A stretch of DNA of 64,000 bases from an uncultured Planctomycetia bacterium (GTDB taxonomy: Bacteria > Omnitrophota > Gorgyraeia > JABMRG01): assembly GCA_964634945.1 (NCBI GenBank), contig CAZWMG010000001.1, positions 2,405 through 66,404 on the forward strand, given 5' to 3'. Each line of letters starts with the position of its first letter. The stretch's first letter is position 1. The notes beneath the pieces were generated by a model. The model saw only the letters and a program-made list of their open reading frames with translations, did not search any database and was not told the origin of the DNA. Shown one piece after another: positions 9,601-19,300 of this stretch. The translations under genes were made by a program, and so were the position numbers.

Positions 9601-12600
9601 ATCAACACCATTTTCTGTTGATGACTCTCATTAAATGCACGTATATAGTTATAGGATTCTAACGCCTCGCGCGACATAAGCGGCGGCGCCTGAGAGTTTT
9701 TTCTACCAGCATCTATAAGCAGTTTTTTATTGTCAGTATCCGCTAATTCAGAAAAAAGGCTATAGCCGCGTTCAGTATCATTGGGGCCATTGTTAATAAC
9801 AAAGGTTTTCATAAACATCTGAGGGATGACATCAATTCCTCTGAGAGGGTATATAAGCATATGCCCATCGCCTAATGCAGATGAGAATTGTTCCCAAAAA
9901 TCATAATAGTCCGTAACAGCCCTTTTCTTCCGGCTCTTTTGTTTTATCGTGCCTTTTTTCGCGTTCTCTCCGGCGGTAATTCTAAGATAATTAGACATAG
10001 ATTCATATTTTTCCTGATATAGATCAATTGCTTTTTGAATATTCTCTTTTACTTGACCTGATGATGAAGATTTTGACAGCTCTGCTTCTCCAATCTTCCC
10101 TTGGTTTATATCAATCCCGTATTCCAGTAATTGCTTATTATGTATTGTGCCGATATAATTAAGGCGCTCTTTAAATTCCATTAAAGAGGTTGCGAGCCGG
10201 TTGTAGAGGTTTGCATCCTTAAGATCGCTTTCAATCTTATTTAGCATAAAATAGATCTGGGCAATTTTCCTTATGCTATTTTCCTCACCATTTACACTCT
10301 TTAGGTTATAAATAAATTCAGCAGCATGCCTCTGCATACTTTTTGTTGTAATATCAGTAACAATTATTTCAAAGAACGATTTAAGCGGGTTAAATTGGGA
10401 GTGAAAGTCGATACCTAACATATTGCAGACAATATGGCCTAAAAACTTGCGCTTTAGGTAATTGCCTGTTTCTATTCCCTCAATGTAATTAAGGAATTCA
10501 TGAATGGGCGCCATCCCCGCTTTTGTTTTTGGCCAGTCAATCGGTATAATCGCGATATGGCTGTTTGTGCTTGTTAAATCAGTAAGTATCTCAGGGATTT
10601 CTTGAGGTTCATAATCCCCGTTGCCAGCTGAAGATGCTTTTACCTGAATGGCTGCCTCTTGTATCCGCAAACCGCTAATTTGCAATGTACCAAGCGGAGG
10701 ATGCATCAATTTGGCCGGCCTTAAGAAGGGCTGTTGTATGGATTTATTTTTGCCAAGCGGAAAAAGCTGATTGTCTCTTACGGATACTGGTTTTCGGCTA
10801 GTTCTAAAGGGTATCTTCATGTCTTCCGGTACAGGTATTATCAGGCAGGGGTTTTCAACATCGAAGAGGTTTTCGTCCTCTTCTATTTGCATTAGATCGC
10901 CTACTGTAAGAGGCGCGTTTTTTCTCGCATATATCTCCTTGAGCCTTTTTGTTAACAATGTTCCGTACGCGGTTTGATCAAAATCTGCTTCAGAAAAAAC
11001 TATGGGTAATTTTTGAGAGGGCGCTTTAGCTTGTTTTTGTTTAAGGTACTCCAATAGATTGGTTATGTAATCATACGAGAAGCAACTCAAATTCAAAAAT
11101 ATGACATTGTCTAGATCGCCCCTGTTAATAAGCGCCCTGCCAAGGTTGTTGAAGCCTATATTTTCGCTGCCTAAGGTTATCACCTTTTTGTTACCATGCC
11201 CCCTAAATACAAGAGTCAGGGGCCCCTTTGAGTCTGATATTTCATCTAGAACAGCCCCCCTTATATGCCTTCCTTTATGGTATGATATTCTTATTGGATC
11301 TGCTCCTGAGCTAAGTTCTATATTTTTTAACTCTTTCATATCAGAGTCAAATCTATTTTCATTGTTAAATACATTAATTATCCGTCTTTCTTTTGAAAAG
11401 AGCTCAGTCTTTAATATGGGGTGCGACCTTAATTTTAAAATAAAGTCAGTTGCTTTTTTGATGTCATAAATATTACCCATGTCTCTGTTGTACTGGAGTA
11501 GTAATCTGTAGGCTATTTGAGCAATAGAGTATCTCGTTATCTCTGTCTCATGCTTTGTTCTATCTTGAAAATATTTATTAAAATATATATTTTTGCACCA
11601 AAAACCGTGTTCATCAACCTGCTTAGGAAGCCTGGATGCCATATCTGCTCTGGAGCCAGGAGTGATAAGCTCAGGCCTTTCCTGCTTTATGTTCTTTAAG
11701 GCACTTATTAATGGTTTATAAGTAGGCCTGTCAGCGCCACCCATGCCTAAAATAGCTTCCAGAGTATTTACGATTGAAGGTGTAATAGATTTTATATTTA
11801 CAATTGTAACTCTCTCTAGAATATGCATTAATAGACTATATGCCTCATCATCCATGTGCAGTTTTTGTAAAGCAGATTCTATGGCCAGTATTGTTGATCT
11901 CCGGAAAAGATCGGCATTTAGAGATGCTATATCTCGAAAAGCGAACAATATGGTTTTGGGCGATACGTCACTTAAAGCGAGATTGCTTAACGCCTCTTCT
12001 AAAACTAAAAGAGCATTACGTTTTAATGGTGATTTCGACAAGGATATGCCTTTAAGGGCATCCACTGCAGCGTCATATGAAAGTGGGTTTAATCCGTTTT
12101 TGTTCATAATGGATTTTAACGCAAGAAGAGCCTCATTACTTAAGGCGCCATTGAGCAATACTATATCAGCCAATGTATTTACCGCGGCTTGATAGGATTC
12201 TACATCCAGGCCGGGCCTTGCAAGCGTAGATTCCAGGGTTATGATTGTTGAAAACCGAGGTGGGTCAGACCGGCCAAAAATGACATCTGATACGGCATAT
12301 AGCAGTATACCGTTAGTTTCTGAATTCAAATTTGCATCATTTAGTAGTGATTCTAAAGCAGAATAGGCCCTGTTGCTGAGACTGGAATCTGATAATGCAA
12401 TATCTCTTAATCCACCTACAGCTTTTTTGTGGTTGGCATTAGTATCGCTTTTAAGCATGTCTTCTTTTAAAGCGGCAACGATAGAATAGTTGTCCAGATC
12501 TTTCATCTCGTCGAATTGAACTGCAGCCTCTTTCTCTTGATAATAGCGATCAATGGCTATCTGCCCAAACCAGTCAAAGGGTATCAGCGCGATAACACCA

Positions 12601-14975
12601 AAAAGCAGCATGCTTAATAAGAGCGGCTTTCTATTTTTTTTGTACCTTGTTAATTTATACGCATTATTAAACAGAGAAAACGTTTCTATGTAATCGTAGG
12701 TTTTTTTCGTCTGCGTTATACCTGATGAGGATGTTTTGGTATTAGTATATCGCGGGACAACCGGGGCTGATGCGTCTCTTTGCCAAGGCTCTGTAGTAAA
12801 ATCATAGCCTATTGTTTTATTTTTACCGCAATCTTCATTTGATTGCGCCTCTTCGGGTGTGAGCATGTAGATAACAGATCTTATCCCGGTAGAGATGAAC
12901 CAAAACTGGCCAAGTGATAATGCAGGCAGAGCACACAAGAAAGAAGCTCCAATTATGGCAGGCAGTATTTTCCTTTTAAGTAGGAGCTTATATCTTGAGA
13001 AGCCACCCTGATTTTTAGTTGGAATTATATCTTTTAGCGGCTTATCTGTATCTATTGGGTATTTTGTTACAGTAGTACTGTTGTTTTGTTCTGAGAGTCC
13101 GCTTGATGATGCCTTAGAAAGTTCGAGACCTTCTTGAAGCATGCGTTTCTCAAACCAATTATCTCCGTTTATGAGTCTCTGTGTTTCAATCCAGTCTCTT
13201 AAAAATTCTTCCTCTTCTGAAAACCTTTCTTCAACTGTATTCGCGTATTCAGTGTCTGCCAAATCACCGGTATTAAGCGCCCCTACAAGCATATTGCTTA
13301 TGAAGTTAAGGATTGCGCCGGATTCTGGCATCTGGTTCAGCATCTGTCTTTGATACACTACTTCCTTACAGTTACTAGAGCCTATCTTTGGGCATATTAC
13401 GATGTAGGATACATCCAGTTTTTTTAGAATATTTACGATTCCTCGGGTATGAAAGCCGCCTGTGACAAGTATGCTTGAATCTTTTCCTTGAATAGCCATT
13501 CTACGCAAAGTGTTACTTATTAAGGCCTCATCTCTTTTTAGCGCTATTTGGTAGTAATGCAAGGCACTTTTATAGGCTGTTTTCTCAATAGAAGGGGGTG
13601 ATATTTTAATCTCTATGTTGTAGTATTTATTCTGACTGTTAATAAAAGATATTACCTCTGCGATGCTTATCTTCCCATGAAGAGCCATTAGCTCGTTTAA
13701 ATTATTTTCTGTAAGCTCTAATTTATATAGGTCAATACTTAGCTGTATGTATCTTATGTACCCATCAAAGAGCCTTTCTGTTTCGTTATTATAATGCAGA
13801 GCTCTAAGCGCTTTTAGAAGAGCGCCTATTTCATCAAATAGGCCCAGGCTATCTACGCTACCGGAAAGCCTTATATACTCAATATAATCAAATAGGTCCC
13901 TATAGTCAGCCCTGCCTAACAAGTCTGCGTTCAGGCCTATAATATGTTCAATATATTCATAGTAAGCAGACGCGCTTATCTTTTCCAGCTTTAGGTCAAT
14001 GCTGTTTTTAAGAAGTCTGTTTAAATCTTCGTTTTTAAGAATTTTTGATAGCTCTTTGACAAGGCCGTCTCTCTGTCTCTCTGCTTTCTTAAAGTCTATG
14101 CCATTTTTAAGAGACGCGGCTTGAGAGAATGCCTCAAGGCTTGGGTGGGCAGATATGTCCATATCGTTTTTCGCGGCCTCTTTTATGATAAACGACACAT
14201 ATTCTTCTAGTTGCAGATGTTTATTTTTATACGCCTCTTCCTTCTGATCTATTACTTTCAGAGGCATAGAGAAGATATAAGGTTTTAAGGCATTTAGATT
14301 GCTTTTTAGAGCCTGTAGGCAGACTATTATCTCTTTTTCATCGGCATTGTGTTTCCTATATGCCTTTACATGCTTTTTATATAGCCCCTTATCTTCTACT
14401 CCATATGCTTTTATTCCTTTGCCGGGATTTAGTATCTTATAATATTCCGGACCCGTAAAGAGCCCTTCCTGTAAAAAGAATTTAGAGGTTAGTTCTTTTG
14501 CTTGCGTTTTTGGGAACTGGTCATAGTGAGAGGTGTTCAGTTTATTAGATGCGCCTTCAAGGCATAATAAGCCTATATCATAATTCTCTTCTATCGTGGA
14601 AATAATATCTGCTATATTGAGTTGAGCTGTTGTATTGGCGTGGCAGTCTTGTATATGTACTATCAGGCCCTTGGACTTGCCTTTATAACTATATAATACA
14701 TTGCCAAGTTGCGCAGGCACTGTGAGCTTTAAGGCTTGTTCATCCTTCAGTAAATCATCTTTAAGAAAGCGCTGGGCATGGGAATTCTTAGAGAATAGAG
14801 TCCTGCCCCCCATTGCGTATGCGCCGGATGAATTTATGCTATAACATACAAGTATAATTATACTTATAATACGCAAAAAAAGTCTATTATTGGATTTTTG
14901 TTCTATAGGCATAGTTGTGTAGTTATTTATATGTTTATCATATGTTTTATAAAGTATAGCATAACTATACATCAA
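6696..14975 (-). CDS. giant multidomain membrane protein (2759 aa). Has an N-terminal signal/anchor, internal TM helices, HEAT-like repeats, a tandemly duplicated ~210-aa module and a GHKL-type ATPase-like motif set.
   Basis: Uninterrupted 8.3-kb ORF. N-terminal hydrophobic segment LFLRIISIIILVCYS. TM helices ILPAIIGASFLCALPALSLGQFWFI and LLLSMLLFGVIALIPF. Duplicated module AVTDYYDFWEQF...FIFPNAAAVF at about 9280-9925, repeated as AITDYYNFWKEL...FFVPNAAALY at about 7580-8215. GHKL boxes: N-box LLGNAYDS, G1 VTDNGRG (confirmed in DNA at 8811-8825) and G2 SGGNGEALNII. SSSSG linkers recur. Confidence 0.65.
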   Translation of the reverse strand: MMYSYAILYKTYDKHINNYTTMPIEQKSNNRLFLRIISIIILVCYSINSSGAYAMGGRTLFSKNSHAQRFLKDDLLKDEQALKLTVPAQLGNVLYSYKGKSKGLIVHIQDCHANTTAQLNIADIISTIEENYDIGLLCLEGASNKLNTSHYDQFPKTQAKELTSKFFLQEGLFTGPEYYKILNPGKGIKAYGVEDKGLYKKHVKAYRKHNADEKEIIVCLQALKSNLNALKPYIFSMPLKVIDQKEEAYKNKHLQLEEYVSFIIKEAAKNDMDISAHPSLEAFSQAASLKNGIDFKKAERQRDGLVKELSKILKNEDLNRLLKNSIDLKLEKISASAYYEYIEHIIGLNADLLGRADYRDLFDYIEYIRLSGSVDSLGLFDEIGALLKALRALHYNNETERLFDGYIRYIQLSIDLYKLELTENNLNELMALHGKISIAEVISFINSQNKYYNIEIKISPPSIEKTAYKSALHYYQIALKRDEALISNTLRRMAIQGKDSSILVTGGFHTRGIVNILKKLDVSYIVICPKIGSSNCKEVVYQRQMLNQMPESGAILNFISNMLVGALNTGDLADTEYANTVEERFSEEEEFLRDWIETQRLINGDNWFEKRMLQEGLELSKASSSGLSEQNNSTTVTKYPIDTDKPLKDIIPTKNQGGFSRYKLLLKRKILPAIIGASFLCALPALSLGQFWFISTGIRSVIYMLTPEEAQSNEDCGKNKTIGYDFTTEPWQRDASAPVVPRYTNTKTSSSGITQTKKTYDYIETFSLFNNAYKLTRYKKNRKPLLLSMLLFGVIALIPFDWFGQIAIDRYYQEKEAAVQFDEMKDLDNYSIVAALKEDMLKSDTNANHKKAVGGLRDIALSDSSLSNRAYSALESLLNDANLNSETNGILLYAVSDVIFGRSDPPRFSTIITLESTLARPGLDVESYQAAVNTLADIVLLNGALSNEALLALKSIMNKNGLNPLSYDAAVDALKGISLSKSPLKRNALLVLEEALSNLALSDVSPKTILFAFRDIASLNADLFRRSTILAIESALQKLHMDDEAYSLLMHILERVTIVNIKSITPSIVNTLEAILGMGGADRPTYKPLISALKNIKQERPELITPGSRADMASRLPKQVDEHGFWCKNIYFNKYFQDRTKHETEITRYSIAQIAYRLLLQYNRDMGNIYDIKKATDFILKLRSHPILKTELFSKERRIINVFNNENRFDSDMKELKNIELSSGADPIRISYHKGRHIRGAVLDEISDSKGPLTLVFRGHGNKKVITLGSENIGFNNLGRALINRGDLDNVIFLNLSCFSYDYITNLLEYLKQKQAKAPSQKLPIVFSEADFDQTAYGTLLTKRLKEIYARKNAPLTVGDLMQIEEDENLFDVENPCLIIPVPEDMKIPFRTSRKPVSVRDNQLFPLGKNKSIQQPFLRPAKLMHPPLGTLQISGLRIQEAAIQVKASSAGNGDYEPQEIPEILTDLTSTNSHIAIIPIDWPKTKAGMAPIHEFLNYIEGIETGNYLKRKFLGHIVCNMLGIDFHSQFNPLKSFFEIIVTDITTKSMQRHAAEFIYNLKSVNGEENSIRKIAQIYFMLNKIESDLKDANLYNRLATSLMEFKERLNYIGTIHNKQLLEYGIDINQGKIGEAELSKSSSSGQVKENIQKAIDLYQEKYESMSNYLRITAGENAKKGTIKQKSRKKRAVTDYYDFWEQFSSALGDGHMLIYPLRGIDVIPQMFMKTFVINNGPNDTERGYSLFSELADTDNKKLLIDAGRKNSQAPPLMSREALESYNYIRAFNESHQQKMVLIFKGFFYFLMYHGNSIEKIEDFLDTLFSKYFKDGDKVLILNQDDLIMFKNYLDKRAQSPQRSISSENFEFTKIIENSFRTFESEPQNIYDTNGRPRRVFIFPNAAAVFEKTLTPIDSTLSKAAGGKAHIPSRVGASLRRFIDSVGRIQDNNGEYWISLDNNLDLQDYNGCYSRIEKFYEEVAHLLEMLQVTIPGQKWGQNLYDMINMLLGNAYDSIGSFYDPAITPKEERPIDNYSGKIAISFDIETSNNETCFVVRVTDNGRGEDKRLPTRKQELMYTNNVFYSGGNGEALNIIYKAIKNKGALELDLVDSKKPSDKNKESEVTLSIPLRYLEIKKSSSSGTTPLITETSSGPHKENTRKAINQYQAEYEAMPNLLAMTAGESEKKVTTKQAESIRTEIALFKTFSKILPFDKKVRDVKKATKAIKKYKTKCEKINSLHEKRNGKTGIKDGNLIEDKGLKQRAITDYYNFWKELSSIFGEKYILLYPLRGIDVIPQICMKTLPINDDPNDLERGYSMFTEFAKITDKNLILDAARENNKKAPPISQEALDVSNYIQAFNDPKYPDQRRILILKGFFHFLSLDKDISEIDEFFDELFSKHFKEGDKLLILDKNDLKMFKNYLNRRKKTPFTEVYFRGFKFKSIVEEEFESPNIRPRGIWDIKGNPMRAFFVPNAAALYVLEYTDDAEPFIAQAPPKNGIIEKSSSGGIIKPFSQVSDQSEDAININAIAKQVISPTNTPLDFEHVSEFAATISKMDHSRPSAYIIERGNIFGATAQVIPSELFEAFEILSENGRPKTSLILDISKDELASLLEAYGVSELCDTIKSSEEILGKDIYDATAKDRSARIKALTGIETRLILGLGLKRANIGIVANPITDKTEGEFNALYNVPMLKERGIRVAKIKLSSITDKVISLPQALKALANMIDDNQADYISDYIIEILPVIVTAEEIQNAIVEYKRILELVLESA

Positions 14976-15076
14976 ATATGCTCAAAAGTCAATTATTTTT
15001 GGGATTATCTGTAAAATTCCACAGGCATGGGATGATACTATGTAATAGTATACAAGGTATCTTCTGCTATTACCTG

Positions 15077-15463
15077 CTATGTTTTATTGCGCGGCTTCTT
15101 TCTACTATGTTTTTTGCTGACTATGTAATCTTCCAGTTCTTCAGGAGTCGATATCATAACATCGTAAAATTTGCCGAATTTCTCGCAATCCGGTGGGTTG
15201 TGCTTTCTGCAGATATCCGGGCGTCGTTCGTATATTGTGCACTTATTGTCCTTTGATAGATACCTGCATGCACTCTTGATCCATTGATACCAATGATGAT
15301 GCCTTATGTATATCTTAACATGAGTGAAATGAAGCTGCCACTTTAGATCATCTATCTCTTTGCGGTTAGCTGGCTTGCCTATTGCCAGAGCAAGATTCTT
15401 GCAACATATCGCGGGACAGCTTCTGCAATGCTTATCATGTGGAACGCCTGGTTTTCTTTTCAT
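15077..15463 (-). CDS. YkgJ-family (UPF0153) cysteine-cluster protein, putative Fe-S/Zn-binding
   Basis: Carries the CxxCxxCC signature as CRSCPAICC. Further conserved Cys occur in CRYLSKDNKCTIY and CRKHNPPDCEKF. Confidence 0.55.
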   Translation of the reverse strand: MKRKPGVPHDKHCRSCPAICCKNLALAIGKPANRKEIDDLKWQLHFTHVKIYIRHHHWYQWIKSACRYLSKDNKCTIYERRPDICRKHNPPDCEKFGKFYDVMISTPEELEDYIVSKKHSRKKPRNKT

Positions 15464-15703
15464 GTTTATCTCTTTCTCTTTTTAATAATGTTGCTCTAAG
15501 TGTTTTTAAAAAATTGAAAAAAAATATCAATACCACTTGCCTAAACTGAAAACATAGGGCATACTTACTATGAAAAGATTAAGGAGATGAGACGATAACG
15601 AGAGTTCCCAGGCTTATCACCTACAAAAAGACCTTCTACCAGGAAGGCCTTTTTTGTTTCTAGTAATATCTTTAAAAAGCCCTGTTACATATGAAAAAGT
15701 ATT

Positions 15704-16258
15704 CTAATACCAGAGATCCTTGTAAGCGCTGGTTTGATACTCTTTTTTGCCATCAGAATCATAAAACTCATCTGTCCTGCCGCTTAATTCAAGCGGCGGC
15801 GAGTACTCCTCCTCCGGATTAGGGTCATTGTCTCCTATGTATTGCCTGTCAATTAAATCACCTGATCTATTGTATATTCTGCGCTCTATCATTTTTTTAT
15901 CCGCACCATATGTAGTATCTGAGGCAAGCCTACCACCTATATACGTGCGCTTAATAGCTGCCCAGTCATCGACAGGGTCTCTGCATAATTTTCCATCAGT
16001 GCCATAGTAGCTCTCTTCAATCTGATTGCCATCTGTGTCAAACTTTTCAAATTTTTCCAGGCTGCCATCTTCACGATAGAAAGTCTTATTTACTATGTTT
16101 TCATGACCATCATAAGCTGTTTTCTCTCTAATCTTTTTATTGTCCCAATAGGCATCCTTCTCAGATTGGGCATATACGAAGTCAGGATAGGTATAAATTA
16201 TAGTCACTAAAACACAAGAAAGAATTAAAAAGGTTATATGCTTTGGTACTATGCTCAT
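15704..16258 (-). CDS. secreted protein with MORN-variant (YwqK-like) repeats
   Basis: Signal/anchor MSIVPKHITFLILSCVLVTIIYT. Repeated Y/F-x-x-DG-x-L-type units: FYREDGSLEKFEKFDTDGNQIEESYYGTDGKL and FYDSDGKKEY. Confidence 0.4.
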   Translation of the reverse strand: MSIVPKHITFLILSCVLVTIIYTYPDFVYAQSEKDAYWDNKKIREKTAYDGHENIVNKTFYREDGSLEKFEKFDTDGNQIEESYYGTDGKLCRDPVDDWAAIKRTYIGGRLASDTTYGADKKMIERRIYNRSGDLIDRQYIGDNDPNPEEEYSPPLELSGRTDEFYDSDGKKEYQTSAYKDLWY

Positions 16259-16378
16259 AGGTTATCACTCCATTTTCACCTGCTTTTGTTATATTAGCAA
16301 AGATAAAGGCGCCGTGCAAGACTAATTGTTACAGATAGGAGTTTAATATAATTCAAATAATGTTTTAAAGGATGCTAA

Positions 16379-19300
16379 TTAGGCAGCGGAGGCTATTCTT
16401 TTTAAAGACGCATTTGCGCGGATTAACTCACGTACCCTGGGGAGGCTTTTACTTGGGTTTTCTCTTTTGTCAGGCAGGATATCAACATTGAATTCGCTAT
16501 TTGATAAAGCCTTTTCTTGACTACGAGGCATTGATAGCCCGGATGATGAGGACTTTGCATATATATCCTCGTATTGCTCATATATTCCCGCCTCTTGAGA
16601 TAAGAGGTATGCTTCCTGTTGATATATTGCAGGTTCAGCTGCGCCGCTATCATATAGATAAGCGCTCATTAATGAAGCGTTTTCTATTGCATCCGGGATA
16701 ATATCTATAAACGATGTGTTACTATTTGATATGGTATTATCTAGGCTTAGAGGCCTTTTACCAAGGGCAAGTTCTATGGACTCGGTATCGTAACCTCTGT
16801 CGACAAAAGCCAAATCTATTTCTGCGGAGGAGGGGCTAGTGCCGTGCGCAAGCTTGTATTCCCTGATAAAGATACCTATCTCTTTTCTTGCGCGTTTGAG
16901 GCTCTCCGGAAACGCGCTATAGTAATGTAACACTGGCACAAAGCGTAGAGATGAAAAGAGGTAAGATCTGTAGTCAGATTCCCCTATTTCACCAAGTAGC
17001 ATCTTGTGATAAACGTTAAAGTCTGTACTTATGCGCAGAAGAAGCTCCGCAGCAATAGAGAATTTATCTGTATCATGATAACAGCTCAGAGTGTCAGCGT
17101 AATTCTCAATTAATTTATCACGGACTTTTCTTCTTACATTTGCGTCAAAAGAGAAGAGCAGAAGCCCAGCCGTTACGTGCTCTTGATCGGATAGCTTTTC
17201 TTTTTCCAAGAAAGGCATAAGAGTAGCCACATCTTCAGTAACTCGTTTTGCTATATAGCTATTCAACGTTCTAATCTTACCGCTATCTTTATACAGGGTG
17301 TCAATGATTAAAAAAAGAACCTTTTGATGGATATTCCGCAATAACAGCCTGAATTCGATGTACTTTTCATCGTCTTCGGTAAAAGGCTTTTTAAATGAGG
17401 GCAACTCTCCTCTTCGCTTATATATATATTCTAATCCGTTTATCAGGTAATCCGTATTAGCTACTAGTCTTGCAACCAAGGCATCTGAAAATCCATGGCC
17501 GTTATTATCTTTAGTAGAATCCAACAATATCTTTGCGAGTAATTCTATCTCTTTTTCTGTACGCGAGCTTTGAAGTATGAGGGTGATATGCACGCCCTTT
17601 TTCATGCCAAGAGCTTTAAGCGTTTTTATTATCCTCACTATTTCCTCTTCATCGCGGGAACTTAGAAGTATTCTGGCAATATGAGTAGGATTCTTTATCT
17701 TTAGCGAATAAAGCTTTTTTACTATATCTTTTATCTCCTTCTCCTTGCGTGATGTATAAAGTATAGTGGTGATATGAGAGTTCTCTTTTATATTAAGGGA
17801 TATGAGCAATTTGATAATCCTTTTTATCTCTTCTCTGTCACGGGAGCTGCGAAGTACCATACTAATGTGACCATGATCCTTTATGTCAAGGGATCTGAGT
17901 AATTTGATAACTCTCTCTATTTCTTCTTCATCGCGAGAGCTGCGAAGCGCCCTAGCGATATGAACAGAGTCTTTTATCCCCAGTAGATAGAGTTTATTTA
18001 TTATATCTTTTATCTCTTTCTCCTTGCGCGAACTCTGAAGTATCGTGGATAGATGAGTGTTTTCTTCTATACCGTGAGCTCTAAGCATCTCGATTATCCT
18101 CTCTATCTCTTTTTCTTTGCGTGCGCTCTGAAGTATCGCGGTGAGATGAGAGCTCTTTATTATGCCAAGGGATTTGAGTAATTTGATGACTCTCTCTATT
18201 TCTTCTTCATCGCGGGAGCTATGAAGCGCCCTAGCGATATGAACAGAGTCTTTTATCCCCAGTAGATAGAGTTTATTTATTATATCTTTTATCTCTTTCT
18301 CCTTGCGCGAACTCTGAAGTATCGTGGATAGATGAGTGTTTTCTTCTATACCGAGAATTCTAAGCGTCTCGACTATCCTCTCTATTTCTTCTTCATCGCG
18401 GGAACTTAGAAGTATTCTGGCAATATGAGTAGGATTCTTTATCTTTAGCGAATAAAGCTTTTTTACTATATCTTTTATCTCCTTCTCCTTGCGTGATGTA
18501 TAAAGTATAGTGGTGATATGAGTACTTTTTTCAATGCCGAGAGCTTTAAGCGTTTTGATAATACGCTCGATCTCTTTTTTGTCTCGGGAAGTAGATAGTA
18601 TGCTGGCGATATGAGAACCGGTAAATATGTTATCGGAGCTGACATTGCGAAGTAACAAATAGCGAAATATGCCAAGCCTTCGCTCAAGTTTAATGAGTTT
18701 AGCTATCTTTTTTGCTTGGCTTTCGTTAAATATCAATCTTTCACCTATCGACAACCTCAGTAATGTTTCTACTATAATCGGATTTATGTGTTTTCTAAGC
18801 ACTGTCTTGCCATCCACGCTTTGTAGGAGTTGATGTATTCTACTTAGCATTTGGTCAACTGTTACGACCTCTTTAGGCCTAGTAGTAGCAATTGATAAAG
18901 TCCCGGATGATGAGGGCTTTGCATATATATCCTCGTATTGCTCATATATTCCCGCCTCTTGAGATAAGAGATATGCTTCCTGTTGATATATTGTGGATTC
19001 AGCTGCGCCGCCATCATATAGATAAGCGCTTATTAATGAAGCGTTTTCTATTTGATCCGGGACAAGATCCATAAGAGGAGTGTTGCTATTGGATGCGGCT
19101 CTGTCCAGGCTTAGTGCGCTTTTACCCATGGCGCGCATTATTGATTCTTCTTCATAACCTCTCTTGGAGAATTCATACAGAATGCTCAACTCTGAAGGCT
19201 CAGTCTCATGTGTTAATGTAAATTCCATTATATATTTTCTTATATATCTTCTAAGAGGTAGGAGGCTTTTCGGTAGGTCACTATAAAAATTTCTTTTATA

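Noticed and set aside
14978-15256. 92-aa plus-strand ORF
   Set aside because: It overlaps the minus-strand YkgJ-like gene, which has a clear CxxCxxCC signature. The plus ORF has no features.
17590-18520. Regularly spaced near-identical DNA repeats that at first glance could suggest a CRISPR array
   Set aside because: Repeat units are about 93-95 bp and lie in frame within a continuous ORF. There are no unique spacers, no 28-37-bp repeat and no cas genes.
16501-19074. Two similar plus-strand ORFs (16501..16701 and 18892..19074), seemingly a duplicated small gene
   Set aside because: They are antisense to homologous module-end regions of giant ORF 2. The similarity simply reflects the intragenic duplication on the coding strand.
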